56,096 nt of DNA from Flavobacterium sp. (GCF_044368995.1 NZ_JBIPMS010000001.1:1-56096); one strand, 5' to 3'; positions 35,885 through 47,482 are shown, counted from the first letter of the stretch. The notes: a model not told the origin generated them from the letters alone. Translations and numbers: made by a program.

Positions 35885-36961
35885 ATGGAAATCATACAAC
35901 GAAAAATAATTCACATTGACATGGATGCCTTTTATGCGTCTGTGGAGCAATTGGACAATCCTGATTTAAAAGGGAAACCTGTTGCTGTAGGGGGAAACGA
36001 AATTCGTGGTGTAGTAAGTGCCGCTAGTTATGAAGCCAGAAAACATGGTGTCCGAAGCGCAATGAGTGGAGCTCAAGCTGCTCGATTATGTCCTGATTTA
36101 ATATTTGTAAAACCAAATTTTGAACGATACAAAGAAGTTTCTAAACAAATTAGAAAAATATTTTATGAATATACAGATTTGGTAGAACCACTTTCCCTAG
36201 ATGAAGCATATTTAGATGTTACGGAAAATAAAAAAGGAAATCTTAGTGCGACATTAATTGCTAAAGAAATCCGACAAAAAATATTTGAAGCAACTGGTTT
36301 AACAGCTTCTGCAGGTATTTCTGTAAATAAATTTGTTGCTAAAATTGCTAGTGATTTTAATAAGCCAAACGGACAAAAAACTGTAAATCCGGACGAGGTG
36401 GAAGCGTTTATTGAAGTATTAGACGTAAAAAAATTCTACGGAATTGGAAAAGTTACCGCTGAAAAAATGTATCAACTGGGTATTTATTCCGGAACAGATT
36501 TAAAATCTAAATCGTTAGAATATCTAGAAAAACACTTTGGAAATAGCGGCAAATCGTACTTTAATTTATCTCGAGGGATAAGTTTTAGTCAAGTTAAATC
36601 CAATAGAGAAATGAAATCTGTTGGAGCAGAACGCACTTTTGATAAAAATTTATCTTCGGAAATTTACATGGAAGAACGTTTAAAAAACATTGCGGAAGAA
36701 ATGGAACGTCGTATTAAAAAATACAAAATAGCAGGAAAAACAATTACTTTAAAAATAAAATATTCTGATTTTTCACAACAAACCAGAAGTAAAACGGTAC
36801 AGTATTTTATTTCCGATAAAAATTTGATTTTTGAAACCGCAAAAGAATTATTATATCAAGAAAAATTGAAAAATTCTGTACGATTATTGGGGATTTCCTT
36901 GAATAATTTAAACACCCATCAGAAAAAATCTGTGGTGTGTCAATTGAAGATTGAGTTTTAG
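35885..36961 (+). CDS. dinB: DNA polymerase IV
   Basis: Motifs IIHIDMDAFYASVE, SYEAR, SLDEAYLD, KIASD.NKPNG. ATG 35885. Confidence 0.97.
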   Translation: MEIIQRKIIHIDMDAFYASVEQLDNPDLKGKPVAVGGNEIRGVVSAASYEARKHGVRSAMSGAQAARLCPDLIFVKPNFERYKEVSKQIRKIFYEYTDLVEPLSLDEAYLDVTENKKGNLSATLIAKEIRQKIFEATGLTASAGISVNKFVAKIASDFNKPNGQKTVNPDEVEAFIEVLDVKKFYGIGKVTAEKMYQLGIYSGTDLKSKSLEYLEKHFGNSGKSYFNLSRGISFSQVKSNREMKSVGAERTFDKNLSSEIYMEERLKNIAEEMERRIKKYKIAGKTITLKIKYSDFSQQTRSKTVQYFISDKNLIFETAKELLYQEKLKNSVRLLGISLNNLNTHQKKSVVCQLKIEF

Positions 36962-37096
36962 TAAGTTATTCCTAAATTATTCTTTTTCAAAACCGCATAA
37001 TTAGCCTACATTTGTAGATTATAAAACGAATTAAAACAATTTTAGTTTCAATATTTTATTGATTTTTGAAATTGTTATTGAATTTTGAAATTGAAT

Positions 37097-38893
37097 ATGA
37101 AACACATTAGAAATTTTTGCATAATTGCACATATTGACCACGGGAAAAGCACTTTAGCTGACCGCCTTTTGGGCGCGACACAGACCGTTACTGCTAGAGA
37201 AGAAAAAGCGCAATTGTTAGATAATATGGATTTGGAGCGCGAGCGTGGGATTACCATTAAAAGTCACGCGATTCAAATGGAATATACGTACCAAGGCGTG
37301 GAATATATTTTAAATTTAATTGACACACCGGGTCACGTAGATTTTTCTTACGAAGTGTCTCGAAGTATTGCCGCCTGCGAAGGCGCTTTATTAATTGTTG
37401 ATGCCGCACAAAGCATTCAAGCACAAACCATTTCTAATTTATATTTAGCTTTAGATAACGACTTGGAAATTATTCCTGTTTTAAATAAAGTAGATTTGCC
37501 GTCTGCCAATCCGGAAGAAGTTTCAGATGATATTATCGATTTATTAGGATGCAAATTAGAAGATATTATTCACGCCTCTGGTAAAACAGGGTTTGGGGTA
37601 GAAAATATTTTAGCAGCCATTATTGAAAAAATTCCACATCCAAAAGGCACTAAAGACGAACCTTTACAAGCTTTGATTTTTGACTCACATTATAATCCTT
37701 TTAGAGGAATTGAAGTAATTTTTCGTGTTGTAAACGGTGAAATTAAAAAAGGGCAGAAAATTAAATTCATGGCAACCGGTAAAGAATATTTTGCCGATGA
37801 GGTGGGGACTTTAAAATTAAATCAGGTTCCAAAAAATGTAATTTCTACAGGAGATGTGGGCTATTTAATTTCTGGAATAAAAGAAGCAAAAGAAGTAAAA
37901 GTTGGTGATACCGTTACAGATGCAAAGGAGCCCACAACCAATATGATTAACGGTTTTGAAGACGTTAAACCAATGGTTTTTGCCGGAATTTATCCTGTAG
38001 ACACAGAAGATTATGAAGATTTACGTTCTTCCATGGAAAAACTACAATTAAACGACGCGTCTTTGGTGTTTTTACCAGAAAGTTCTGCCGCTTTAGGATT
38101 TGGTTTCCGATGCGGATTCTTAGGAATGTTACATATGGAAATTATTCAAGAACGATTAGAACGGGAGTTTGATATGACCGTTATTACAACGGTACCTAAC
38201 GTTTCGTATTTGGCTTATACAAAGAAAGAACCAGAAGTTGGTTTTATAATCAATAATCCATCAGATTTACCAGAGCCAAGTAAGCTTGACCGCGTTGAAG
38301 AACCATTTATTAAAGCAACTATCATTACAAAATCAGATTATGTTGGAAATGTAATGAGTTTGTGTATTGAAAAGCGAGGTTTAATTACCAATCAAACTTA
38401 CCTAACAACCGAACGTGTAGAATTAAATTTTGATATGCCATTAGCAGAAATAGTATTTGATTTCTACGACCGATTAAAAACAGTTTCTAAAGGATATGCT
38501 TCTTTTGATTATCATCCAATAGGAATGAGAACTTCAAAATTAGTAAGACTAGATGTTTTATTAAATGCCACTTCTGTAGATGCACTTTCGGCGCTTATCC
38601 ATGAAGACAATGCGTACAATATAGGTAAAAAAATGTGCGAAAAATTACGCGAATTAATTCCACGTCAGCAATTTGATATTCCAATTCAAGCAGCTATTGG
38701 AGCAAAAATAATTGCACGCGAAACTATAAAAGCACTTCGTAAAGATGTTACTGCAAAATGTTATGGAGGAGATATTTCTCGTAAACGTAAATTACTAGAA
38801 AAACAGAAAAAAGGTAAAAAACGAATGCGCCAAGTAGGAAATGTAGAAATTCCACAAGAGGCATTTATGGCCGTTTTAAAGCTTAACGATTAA
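37097..38893 (+). CDS. lepA: Elongation factor 4
   Basis: Motifs [47 protein letters not shown]. Confidence 0.99.
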   Translation: MKHIRNFCIIAHIDHGKSTLADRLLGATQTVTAREEKAQLLDNMDLERERGITIKSHAIQMEYTYQGVEYILNLIDTPGHVDFSYEVSRSIAACEGALLIVDAAQSIQAQTISNLYLALDNDLEIIPVLNKVDLPSANPEEVSDDIIDLLGCKLEDIIHASGKTGFGVENILAAIIEKIPHPKGTKDEPLQALIFDSHYNPFRGIEVIFRVVNGEIKKGQKIKFMATGKEYFADEVGTLKLNQVPKNVISTGDVGYLISGIKEAKEVKVGDTVTDAKEPTTNMINGFEDVKPMVFAGIYPVDTEDYEDLRSSMEKLQLNDASLVFLPESSAALGFGFRCGFLGMLHMEIIQERLEREFDMTVITTVPNVSYLAYTKKEPEVGFIINNPSDLPEPSKLDRVEEPFIKATIITKSDYVGNVMSLCIEKRGLITNQTYLTTERVELNFDMPLAEIVFDFYDRLKTVSKGYASFDYHPIGMRTSKLVRLDVLLNATSVDALSALIHEDNAYNIGKKMCEKLRELIPRQQFDIPIQAAIGAKIIARETIKALRKDVTAKCYGGDISRKRKLLEKQKKGKKRMRQVGNVEIPQEAFMAVLKLND

Positions 38894-38908
38894 ATAAATA
38901 AACCAACA

Positions 38909-38940
38909 AAAAAGTATATTATAGATAATATGCTTTTTTG
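38909..38940 (+). terminator. Probable lepA terminator
   Basis: AAAAAGTATATTAT-AG-ATAATATGCTTTTTT, AT-rich stem. Confidence 0.5.
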
Positions 38941-38992
38941 TTTTTAAATTATTTCTTAAATTTATATACTAATTAAAAACTATACTAATAAT

Positions 38993-41900
38993 ATGAATTT
39001 GAAGCCCCTTTATATTTTAATATTAGCAATAAGTTCTAGTGTGTTTTCGCAGACCATAACAATAGACAACACCACCAATACTCCTGCTCAGCTTGTAGAT
39101 TTACTACTCTTAAATTCTTGTGTTTCTGTTTCAAATATTTCAATTTCCTCTAACCAATCTGTTGCCTATTTTAATAAAAACGGATCTGCTTTTCCCATAA
39201 ATGAAGGGATTATTATTAGAAATGGGGTGGCGTTAAATACACAAGGTAATTATATTAATGATGCTACTTTAAGTTCACAAATTAATACCAATACGGATGC
39301 TTATTTACAAACCATAAGCAACAGTACGGGACAATCTTCTACAATAACCGATGTGGCTTTTTTAGAATTCGATTTTACGTCCGTTTCAAACAGTTTTAGT
39401 TTTGATTTCTTATTTGCGTCTAATGAATATGGTGAATACCAATGTGCTTTTAGTGACGTATTTGCATTTGTTTTAACCAATTTAAATACAGGTGTTTCAA
39501 CCAATTTAGCAGTTATTCCAGGAACAAGTATGCCGGTTACGGTTAAAGACATTAGAAATAAATTATATAATACCAATTGCGAATCGGCGAATTCTAATTT
39601 TTTTAGCACATACAATCCAACTAATATTCCAGCTTCTACATTAAATATGAGAGGACATACTGTAGTTATGAATGCGGCTTCGGCAGTAATTCCAAATGTT
39701 CCCTATAAAATACGATTGGTAATTGGGGATTATAATAATTCAGGATATGATTCTGCAGTATTTATTTCTGGAGGAAGTTTTACAACCACATTAGATTTAG
39801 GTCCAGATCAAACAATTTGTTCTGGAAATCCCATACAATTAAATGCTCAGTTAGATAATACATATACTTATCAGTGGCTTCAAAACGGAAATCCAGTTGG
39901 AGGAAATACATCGTCTTATACTGTAAACACGCCAGGAACTTATTCTGTTGAAATTACTAAAGGATCATGTTTTCTTACCGATACTGTAATTGTTAATAAT
40001 TTAGCAGTTTCTAATCCAATTAATTTACAAACTTGTAATATAGGCGCAGCAAGCTATACTTTTGATTTAACAACAAATAACGAATCCCAATTAGGTATAG
40101 ACAATACAACATATGATTTGTTTTATTATGCCTCAATGGCCGATATAACTGCAAACAATCCAATTGCGGGAACAACAAATTTTTCTACAACTTCAGGGCA
40201 AACTATTTATGTTAAAATTTTTAATACAATATCAAACTCGTTTTGTAATGCCATATATCAATTTGATTTAGTGATAAATCCTGTTGTTAATGCTACTCAA
40301 CCCGTTGATGTACAATTGTGTGAAGCGCCTACTGCAACAACATATTTTTTAGCTAATTTAAATCTTCAAGTATTAAACGGATTAACAGGTTATAGCGTTT
40401 TATATTTTTCTAATCAGGCAGATGCTGTTGCAGGAAATACTGGTGTGATTTCTTCAGTTGCCATACCTAATGGAACAACAACAGTAACTATTTGGATTAG
40501 AATGCAAAATAGTTCTAATCCCTCTTGTTTTGATGTTACAAGTGTAGATATTAATGTAAATCCATTACCTCTTGTTGATGATTTAGCCGATGTGGTTGCT
40601 TGTAGTAATTATGTTTTACCTGTTTTAACAAATGGAAATTATTTTACAGGGCCATCGGGTTCTGGTACAGCACTATTTGCAGGAAATATAATTGATGAAA
40701 GTGCTATGTATTTTATATATTATGGACCTGATGTTAATGGTTGTTTCAACGAATCTTCTTTTTTAGCCTATTTTGTTGATGAATATAGCCCGCTTTTAGA
40801 CAATTGTGGCTCTTTTACTATACCTTCAATACCATATAATATTGGGGCTTTTTATACCGCGCCAGGAGGGCCAACTGGCACTGGCACTTTAATTCCTACC
40901 GGAACAGTTTTTCAAAATATAACACAGCTGAATATTATTCAACCAATTTATTATTATGCTGAAGTAAATGGCGTTTTTTGTAGAGATGAATTATTTAATA
41001 TTAACATTCACCCACTACCGTTAATTGATACTTTGCCAGATGTAACTTATTGTAATTCGTATGTATTACCAGCATTAACTAATGGGAATTATTTTTCTCA
41101 ACCAGGAGGAACGGGAATGCCTTATTTTGCTGGGAATAGTATAACTGCTACTCAAATAATGTACATATATAATAGCACTACTTTTATTAATGCAAATGGA
41201 AATCCAGGGAGGTGTGCTTTAGAAACGGATTTTCAAATTAACATAATTGACACAAATTTGTTTACTACAATACCTGCATGTAATAGTTATACATTACCAG
41301 CTATTTCTTTCGGCGGCTATTATACCGCTCCTTTAGGAGGAGGTTCTGTTGTTGATCCCAATATTCCAATAACAACTTCTCAAGTAATATATTATTATGC
41401 CAATACAACATTATTACCAAACTGTTCAGACAATTTAAATTATAACATTATTATTAATCCCTTGCCTTTGGTTGATGCAATTTCTAGTGGCTTGTATTGT
41501 GGTGAATTTGTTTTGCCTATATTAACAAATGGTTCTTATTATGCCTTATCAGGAGGCCCTACTACATTAGGGCAAATTCCACTTTTTGCTGGAAATATTA
41601 TTGATTTATCTGGAATTAGATTAAATCCAGGAACCTACTATGTATTTAACGGCCCCGATGCGAATGGTTGTTCGAACGAGTTATCGTTTACCATAAGCTT
41701 AAACCCATTTCCACCCACTGATGGTGTTTTAGATAGATTTGAATGCACACCTTATTCTATTGCTCAACCGGTTAATGGCACAATATATACCGCGCCAGGG
41801 GGGCCAATTGGAGGCGGTACTGTAGTGTTGCCAACAACTATTTTTTCTGCTACGCAAACCTTTTATTTATATAATATTGACACGGTAACCAATTGTACAA

Positions 41901-43204
41901 TTAATAAACCTTTTACAGTAACGTACAGCGGAACTAACTTACCAATTTACACCAATGTTTTTGTATGCGAATCTCAAAATTATACTTTACCAGCTTTAAC
42001 GCATGTGCCCCCCACTCCAGAAAACTATACTATAGGTTATTTTTATGATCAAGCTGGTTCATTACCCGTTGCAAATGGATTAGTATTTAATGTTCCAAAT
42101 ACCACTACAACCATCTGGGTAGTAGCATCAAATGGCGATAGAATAATTTGTAATGCTCAAGATAGTTTTGATATTATTGTATCCGAAACCCCAAATTTAG
42201 CTGCCTTAGCGTTAGTGTTTGATACAGAAGAATGCGGAACATATACCTTACCTACTTTACCTTCAGTAGGTTTCACTTTAAATTATTATTCGCAACCAGG
42301 AGGAAATATTTCTAATTTAATAACAAATTTAAATATTTCTGTCCCTGGCACGTATACCTATTATGTATTTGCATCCGCATTGAATAATCTAAATTGTAAT
42401 GCGGAACAGTCGTTTACTTTTACAGTTCATCCTTTATTAAATATTACTTTACCTCAAGGGATTATTTGTGTAGACCCTGTTACAAATACTTTAATTAGTC
42501 CTTATACGATTCAAACGGGTTTAAATCCTGCAGGGTATACAGTAAGTTGGTTTTTAAATGGGACTTTATTAGGTACAGGACCTAATTTTACCGCAACGCA
42601 AGCAGGGGTGTATAATGTTACGTTTATTAAGCTCACTCCAGATGTTGGTTCGGCTTGTAATTATTATAACACAACAGTTACCATTATACAATCAAGTCCT
42701 GCAAAAGCTAATTTTACTGTAAGCCCAGAATTTGATACCGACGGGACTTTTATTTCTGTAAATATAACAGATGGGTACGGAAATTACACGTATCAATTAG
42801 AGTATCCAAACGGAACGTTAAGCCCAATTCAACCGAGCAATACCTTTACTGACTTAATTACAGGGGTTTATTTTGTATCTATTTATGATACATTAGGAAA
42901 TTGTTCTCCTACAAGAATTGGCCCTATTTATATCATTAATTATCCAAATTATTTTACTCCAAATGGAGATGGGTTTCACGACACTTGGAATATTTTTGAT
43001 TTGGCACAACAACCTAAAAGTATAATTTCTATTTTTGATAGATATGGAAAACTTTTAAAACAAATATCTCCTGCTAGTTCTGGCTGGGACGGAAAATATG
43101 ACGGGAAAGATTTACCCTCAACAGATTATTGGTTTTCAGTAGAATTCATTACACAAAGTAAGCAAAAAGGGATTTTTAAATCACATTTTAGTTTAAAACG
43201 ATAG
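38993..43204 (+). CDS. Large T9SS type B CTD (gliding-motility-associated C-terminal domain) surface protein with choice-of-anchor L-like domain
   Basis: Signal peptide and 'LEFDF...F.FLFASNEY...DVFAF...NLAVIP...DSAVFI'. Repeated Cys-containing modules follow. CTD 'YFTPNGDGFHDTW...IFDRYGK...GWDG...DYWF...HFSLKR'. Confidence 0.92.
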   Translation: MNLKPLYILILAISSSVFSQTITIDNTTNTPAQLVDLLLLNSCVSVSNISISSNQSVAYFNKNGSAFPINEGIIIRNGVALNTQGNYINDATLSSQINTNTDAYLQTISNSTGQSSTITDVAFLEFDFTSVSNSFSFDFLFASNEYGEYQCAFSDVFAFVLTNLNTGVSTNLAVIPGTSMPVTVKDIRNKLYNTNCESANSNFFSTYNPTNIPASTLNMRGHTVVMNAASAVIPNVPYKIRLVIGDYNNSGYDSAVFISGGSFTTTLDLGPDQTICSGNPIQLNAQLDNTYTYQWLQNGNPVGGNTSSYTVNTPGTYSVEITKGSCFLTDTVIVNNLAVSNPINLQTCNIGAASYTFDLTTNNESQLGIDNTTYDLFYYASMADITANNPIAGTTNFSTTSGQTIYVKIFNTISNSFCNAIYQFDLVINPVVNATQPVDVQLCEAPTATTYFLANLNLQVLNGLTGYSVLYFSNQADAVAGNTGVISSVAIPNGTTTVTIWIRMQNSSNPSCFDVTSVDINVNPLPLVDDLADVVACSNYVLPVLTNGNYFTGPSGSGTALFAGNIIDESAMYFIYYGPDVNGCFNESSFLAYFVDEYSPLLDNCGSFTIPSIPYNIGAFYTAPGGPTGTGTLIPTGTVFQNITQLNIIQPIYYYAEVNGVFCRDELFNINIHPLPLIDTLPDVTYCNSYVLPALTNGNYFSQPGGTGMPYFAGNSITATQIMYIYNSTTFINANGNPGRCALETDFQINIIDTNLFTTIPACNSYTLPAISFGGYYTAPLGGGSVVDPNIPITTSQVIYYYANTTLLPNCSDNLNYNIIINPLPLVDAISSGLYCGEFVLPILTNGSYYALSGGPTTLGQIPLFAGNIIDLSGIRLNPGTYYVFNGPDANGCSNELSFTISLNPFPPTDGVLDRFECTPYSIAQPVNGTIYTAPGGPIGGGTVVLPTTIFSATQTFYLYNIDTVTNCTINKPFTVTYSGTNLPIYTNVFVCESQNYTLPALTHVPPTPENYTIGYFYDQAGSLPVANGLVFNVPNTTTTIWVVASNGDRIICNAQDSFDIIVSETPNLAALALVFDTEECGTYTLPTLPSVGFTLNYYSQPGGNISNLITNLNISVPGTYTYYVFASALNNLNCNAEQSFTFTVHPLLNITLPQGIICVDPVTNTLISPYTIQTGLNPAGYTVSWFLNGTLLGTGPNFTATQAGVYNVTFIKLTPDVGSACNYYNTTVTIIQSSPAKANFTVSPEFDTDGTFISVNITDGYGNYTYQLEYPNGTLSPIQPSNTFTDLITGVYFVSIYDTLGNCSPTRIGPIYIINYPNYFTPNGDGFHDTWNIFDLAQQPKSIISIFDRYGKLLKQISPASSGWDGKYDGKDLPSTDYWFSVEFITQSKQKGIFKSHFSLKR

Positions 43205-43215
43205 TAAAAAGGCAT

Positions 43216-43253
43216 AAAAAAATCCCAATTTCTTAAATGATTTTGGGATTTTA
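43216..43253. terminator. Bidirectional terminator
   Basis: AAAAAAATCCCAA...TTGGGATTTT between convergent genes. Confidence 0.7.
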
Positions 43254-43270
43254 TATTTTAAATCGTTTTG

Positions 43271-44701
43271 TTATTCAATCTCAGAAATTCTTAAGGTATT
43301 TACCATTCCTTTATTAGCAATTGGCATAGAAGCTAAGTTAACAACCATATCACCTTGTTTTACATATTTCTTTTCTTTACATATTTTGTTGATATCATCA
43401 ATGGTATCATCAGTACTTGTAAATTTATCATAGAAAAAGGCCCTTACACCCCAAAGTAAATTTAATTGGGTTAAAATTCTTTTGTTTGAGGTAAATACTA
43501 AAATATGTGCGTGTGGTCTCCAAGCTGAAATTTGAAAAGCAGTATAACCACTATTTGTTAATGTTGTAACAGCTTTCGCATCTATAGTATCTGCCATGGC
43601 CGCTGCATTAAAACAAATAGATTTAGTGATGTATCTATCATTTCTTTTTGTAGGCGCAATATGAGGTACATTAATAAGTGGAGAATCTTCTACGCTTTCG
43701 ATAATACTTGTCATGGTTTCAATAACTTGTACTGGATAATTTCCAACAGAAGTTTCTCCTGAAAGCATTACGGCATCCGCACCATCCATTACTGAATTGG
43801 CTACATCGTTTACCTCTGCTCTTGTAGGTGTCAAACTAGTAATCATCGTTTCCATCATCTGAGTAGCTACAATTACTGGAATTCGGGCTAATTTTGCTTT
43901 TAAAATTAGTTTTTTCTGAATCAAAGGCACTTCTTGCGCAGGCACTTCAACACCTAAATCACCACGAGCCACCATTAAACCATCACAGGCAACAACAATT
44001 TCGTCTATATTTTCAACTGCTTCTGGTTTTTCAATTTTTGCTACAATTGGTATTTTGTGTTCAGAATGTTGTGCAATTAAATCTTGTAGGTCTTTTATAT
44101 CTTCTTTAGTTCTAACAAAAGATAGCGCCATCCAATCTACTTTGTTTTCACAAGCAAAAATGGCGTCTTTAATATCTTTTACTGTTAATGCAGGAAGCGA
44201 TACTTTTGTGTTAGGTAAATTTACTCCTTTTTTAGATTTTAAGGGGCCACCTTGAATCACTTTACAAACTACTTCGTCTACTCTATTGGTTTCAATAGCT
44301 TCAAACATTAGTTTTCCATCATCTAAAAGGATTCTTTCTCCAGGATTAACATCTTTCGGAAATTCTTTATAGTTCATGTAAACTCTTTCAGCCGTTCCAG
44401 GAATATCTTCTGAGGTTTGAAAGGTAATAATATCTCCAGGATTTACTAATACATCTTCCTTCATAACACCTACGCGTAATTTTGGGCCTTGTAAATCGGC
44501 TAAAATAGAAGTGGTATAACCAAATTCATCATTTAATTCGCGGATGATATCTACTTTTTCTTTTACATCTGTATAATCTGCATGCGAAAAATTAATTCTA
44601 AAAACATTAACTCCGGCGTCAATCATTTTTTTAATTACTTCTTTACTGCTACAAGCTGGGCCTAATGTGGCAACAATTTTTGTTTTTTTGGTTGTATGCA
44701 T
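43271..44701 (-). CDS. pyk: Pyruvate kinase
   Basis: Motifs KTKIVATLGPA, DLQGPKLR, MVARGDLGVE, ATQMMETM, DAVMLSGET. Confidence 0.98.
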   Translation of the reverse strand: MHTTKKTKIVATLGPACSSKEVIKKMIDAGVNVFRINFSHADYTDVKEKVDIIRELNDEFGYTTSILADLQGPKLRVGVMKEDVLVNPGDIITFQTSEDIPGTAERVYMNYKEFPKDVNPGERILLDDGKLMFEAIETNRVDEVVCKVIQGGPLKSKKGVNLPNTKVSLPALTVKDIKDAIFACENKVDWMALSFVRTKEDIKDLQDLIAQHSEHKIPIVAKIEKPEAVENIDEIVVACDGLMVARGDLGVEVPAQEVPLIQKKLILKAKLARIPVIVATQMMETMITSLTPTRAEVNDVANSVMDGADAVMLSGETSVGNYPVQVIETMTSIIESVEDSPLINVPHIAPTKRNDRYITKSICFNAAAMADTIDAKAVTTLTNSGYTAFQISAWRPHAHILVFTSNKRILTQLNLLWGVRAFFYDKFTSTDDTIDDINKICKEKKYVKQGDMVVNLASMPIANKGMVNTLRISEIE

Positions 44702-44703
44702 CT

Positions 44704-45174
44704 TTAAAAAATTAAATTGTTTATCGATTTTAAATTACTTGTATCTACTTTATAAATAGTAGACACATTTTGTATGGTATTTATTTTTTGTATGACTTCT
44801 GTGCTTTTAAATTTGGAATCTATATTGTCTATTTTTAATAAATAATCAGCTGTTTTTAATTCTGGAATTAAATTTAATGTAATATTATTTTCAGAAAAGA
44901 AACCTGTATTGTTTTGATTCGAATTAAAATTCGTTTGATTTTTAATGAGTTCCCAAGTAATATCTTGGTTCAAATCGTCATAACTAAATCTAGAAAATTT
45001 TCCCGTTCCTTCAGAGGTTTTTATTGAAATTTCGTTTTCATTTTTTGCCATCAAAACATTTAACTTTAAATTGATTAAAAACGTTAATTTAAAATCTTTT
45101 AAATTAGAGTGAATCGCAAGTAACTCAAAATCATTTGATTCAAAATCGTCGAATGTAAGTTTAAGATTAGCCAT
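44704..45174 (-). CDS. IPExxxVDY family protein
   Basis: 'LIPELKTADYLL' motif, lying between rnc and pyk. Confidence 0.8.
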   Translation of the reverse strand: MANLKLTFDDFESNDFELLAIHSNLKDFKLTFLINLKLNVLMAKNENEISIKTSEGTGKFSRFSYDDLNQDITWELIKNQTNFNSNQNNTGFFSENNITLNLIPELKTADYLLKIDNIDSKFKSTEVIQKINTIQNVSTIYKVDTSNLKSINNLIF

Positions 45175-45283
45175 TTATTTTTTTAATAATCGTAAAGATA
45201 GGAGTAAAAATTATTAAATTGCAGTAAAATAGGTTTCTAAACTATTAAATTTTTAATTCAAACGTTGTAGTTGATAAAATAAT

Positions 45284-46033
45284 TTAGGATTTGTTTTCAA
45301 TTTTATCTTGTAAAGCAAAAAAAGCTCTTTTTGCAGCTGTTTCTTCTGCTTTTTTCTTCGAAGTGGCTCTGGCTTTGCTAATTACCTGATTGTCCATTAC
45401 TAATTTTACGCCAAAGTATTTTACGCCTTCTTTACCATCATCTTCAAAAATATCAAATTTGAAAGTAATTTTTTCTTTCTGACACCATTCAATAATTACA
45501 CTTTTATAGCTAATTACTTTTCCTTCTAAGCGCTCAATATCTATATATTGTTTGATGATTTTCTCCTGAATAAATTTTTCGCAATAGGTATAACCTTTAT
45601 CTAAGTAAATAGCCCCAATAAAAGCTTCGCATAAATTTCCATGTATATTATCCCCAAAATGGGAAGGACTTACTTTACTTTCGATAAATTGGACTAAGTT
45701 GAAATCTTTACCTAACTCATTTAAATGCTCTCTACTTACAATTTTAGATCTCATTTTCGTTAAGTAACCTTCGTCGCCTGTTGGAACTTTTCTGTATAAA
45801 TGAGCAGCAATTACACTACCTAACATAGCGTCGCCTAAAAACTCTAAACGTTCATAACTAATTGGGAATCCGTTTTCATCTGTTTGGTTAGAGGAACGAT
45901 GTGTGAAAGCATGTTTGTAATAAATTTCTGTATTGGGTTTAAATCCTAATATTTTGGTAATTTTTTCAAAAAAAACCCCGTCTTGATTAGAAGAAGGGGG
46001 TTTGTTCAATATTTTATTTAAAATGCGACGCAT
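45284..46033 (-). CDS. rnc: Ribonuclease III
   Basis: Signature ERLEFLGDA, EAFIGAIYLDKG and a dsRBD ending 'SKKKAEETAA'. Confidence 0.96.
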   Translation of the reverse strand: MRRILNKILNKPPSSNQDGVFFEKITKILGFKPNTEIYYKHAFTHRSSNQTDENGFPISYERLEFLGDAMLGSVIAAHLYRKVPTGDEGYLTKMRSKIVSREHLNELGKDFNLVQFIESKVSPSHFGDNIHGNLCEAFIGAIYLDKGYTYCEKFIQEKIIKQYIDIERLEGKVISYKSVIIEWCQKEKITFKFDIFEDDGKEGVKYFGVKLVMDNQVISKARATSKKKAEETAAKRAFFALQDKIENKS

Positions 46034-46037
46034 GAAG

Positions 46038-47291
46038 TTATTCTTCTAATTTTTTGAAAAGCACACAAGCATTATGTCCGCCAAATCCAAAAGTATTACT
46101 CATTGCTACTTTTATTTCTCTTTTTTGTGGCGTGTTTAATGTCAAGTTTAATGATGGATCAATATTTTCATCTACTGTGGTGTGGTTTATTGTTGGAGGA
46201 ACAAGACTGTGTTTCATTGCTAATATCGAAGCAATCGCTTCAATCGCTCCAGCAGCACCTAACAAATGCCCTGTCATAGATTTTGTAGAATTGATATTTA
46301 TATTTTTAGCGTGTGCACCAAAAACATGGCTTATTGCTTTTAATTCTGCAACATCCCCCAAGGGTGTTGAAGTTCCGTGCGTATTAATGTGATCTACTTC
46401 TTCGGGTTTCATACCTGCATCGCGTAATGTATTTTCCATTACTGCAATAACTCCAATTCCTTCGGGATGGGGTGCTGTTAAGTGATAGGCATCAGATGAC
46501 ATTCCGCCACCACCAACTTCACAATATATTTTTGCACCACGTGCTTTTGCATGTTCATATTCTTCAAAAACTAAGGCGCCTGCACCTTCGCCCAAAACAA
46601 ACCCATCTCTGTTAGCATCAAACGGTCTAGAAGCCGTTTCTGGCGAATCGTTTCTTGTAGACAACGCTTGCATAGAGTTAAAACCACCCATTCCGGCAAT
46701 GGTTACTGCTGCTTCCGAACCTCCAGATACAATTACATCACACATTCCTAAACGTATGTAGTTAAAAGCGTCAATCATAGCATTTGCAGAAGAAGCACAA
46801 GCGGAAACTGTTGTATAGTTTGGACCCATAAAGCCATTTCTCATAGAAATATGAGCGGGGGCAATGTCGGCAATCATTTTAGGAATAAAAAACGGATTAA
46901 AACGAGGTGTTCCGTCTCCTTTAGCATAACTTAGTACTTCTTCTTGGAAAGTTTCCAAACCACCAATTCCTGCACCCCAAATTACACCTACTCTTTGTTT
47001 ATTTACGTTTGAATCTAAAATACCTGCGTCTGCAATGGCTTGTTCACCAGCCACAATGGCATATTGTGCAAATTTATCCATTCGTCTTGCTTCTTTTCTA
47101 TCGATAAATTCTTCGATATTGAAGTTTTTTACTTCACAAGCAAATTTCGTTTTATGTTTTTCAGTGTCATAATAAGTAATTGGCGCAGCACCGCTTTTTC
47201 CACTAATTAAGGCATTCCAATATTCTTGAATGTTGTTTCCAATTGGAGTTAGTGCTCCAAGCCCTGTAACCACTACACGTTTTAATTGCAT
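46038..47291 (-). CDS. fabF: 3-oxoacyl-ACP synthase II
   Basis: Motifs RVVVTGLG, SACASS, HGTSTPLGD, KSMTGHLLGA, NTFGFGGHN. Confidence 0.97.
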   Translation of the reverse strand: MQLKRVVVTGLGALTPIGNNIQEYWNALISGKSGAAPITYYDTEKHKTKFACEVKNFNIEEFIDRKEARRMDKFAQYAIVAGEQAIADAGILDSNVNKQRVGVIWGAGIGGLETFQEEVLSYAKGDGTPRFNPFFIPKMIADIAPAHISMRNGFMGPNYTTVSACASSANAMIDAFNYIRLGMCDVIVSGGSEAAVTIAGMGGFNSMQALSTRNDSPETASRPFDANRDGFVLGEGAGALVFEEYEHAKARGAKIYCEVGGGGMSSDAYHLTAPHPEGIGVIAVMENTLRDAGMKPEEVDHINTHGTSTPLGDVAELKAISHVFGAHAKNININSTKSMTGHLLGAAGAIEAIASILAMKHSLVPPTINHTTVDENIDPSLNLTLNTPQKREIKVAMSNTFGFGGHNACVLFKKLEE

Positions 47292-47444
47292 AAATTATTT
47301 TTTAGTTATATAGAAAAACCCAATGTGCATATTTTAAATATTAACATTGGGTATTACATAAATGTCTTATGTGAATGATTGTAATACAATCAATGTTTTT
47401 ACAAATCTAAACAAAGATTTTTAAAAACAGAAACAAAAAATAAC

Positions 47445-47478
47445 AACATCCGTATAAAAAAATTCATACGGATGATTG
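47445..47478 (-). terminator. Terminator/attenuator after acpP
   Basis: CATCCGTAT...ATACGGATG stem, with A-rich run on the plus strand (U tail on minus). Confidence 0.65.
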
Positions 47479-47482
47479 GTTA

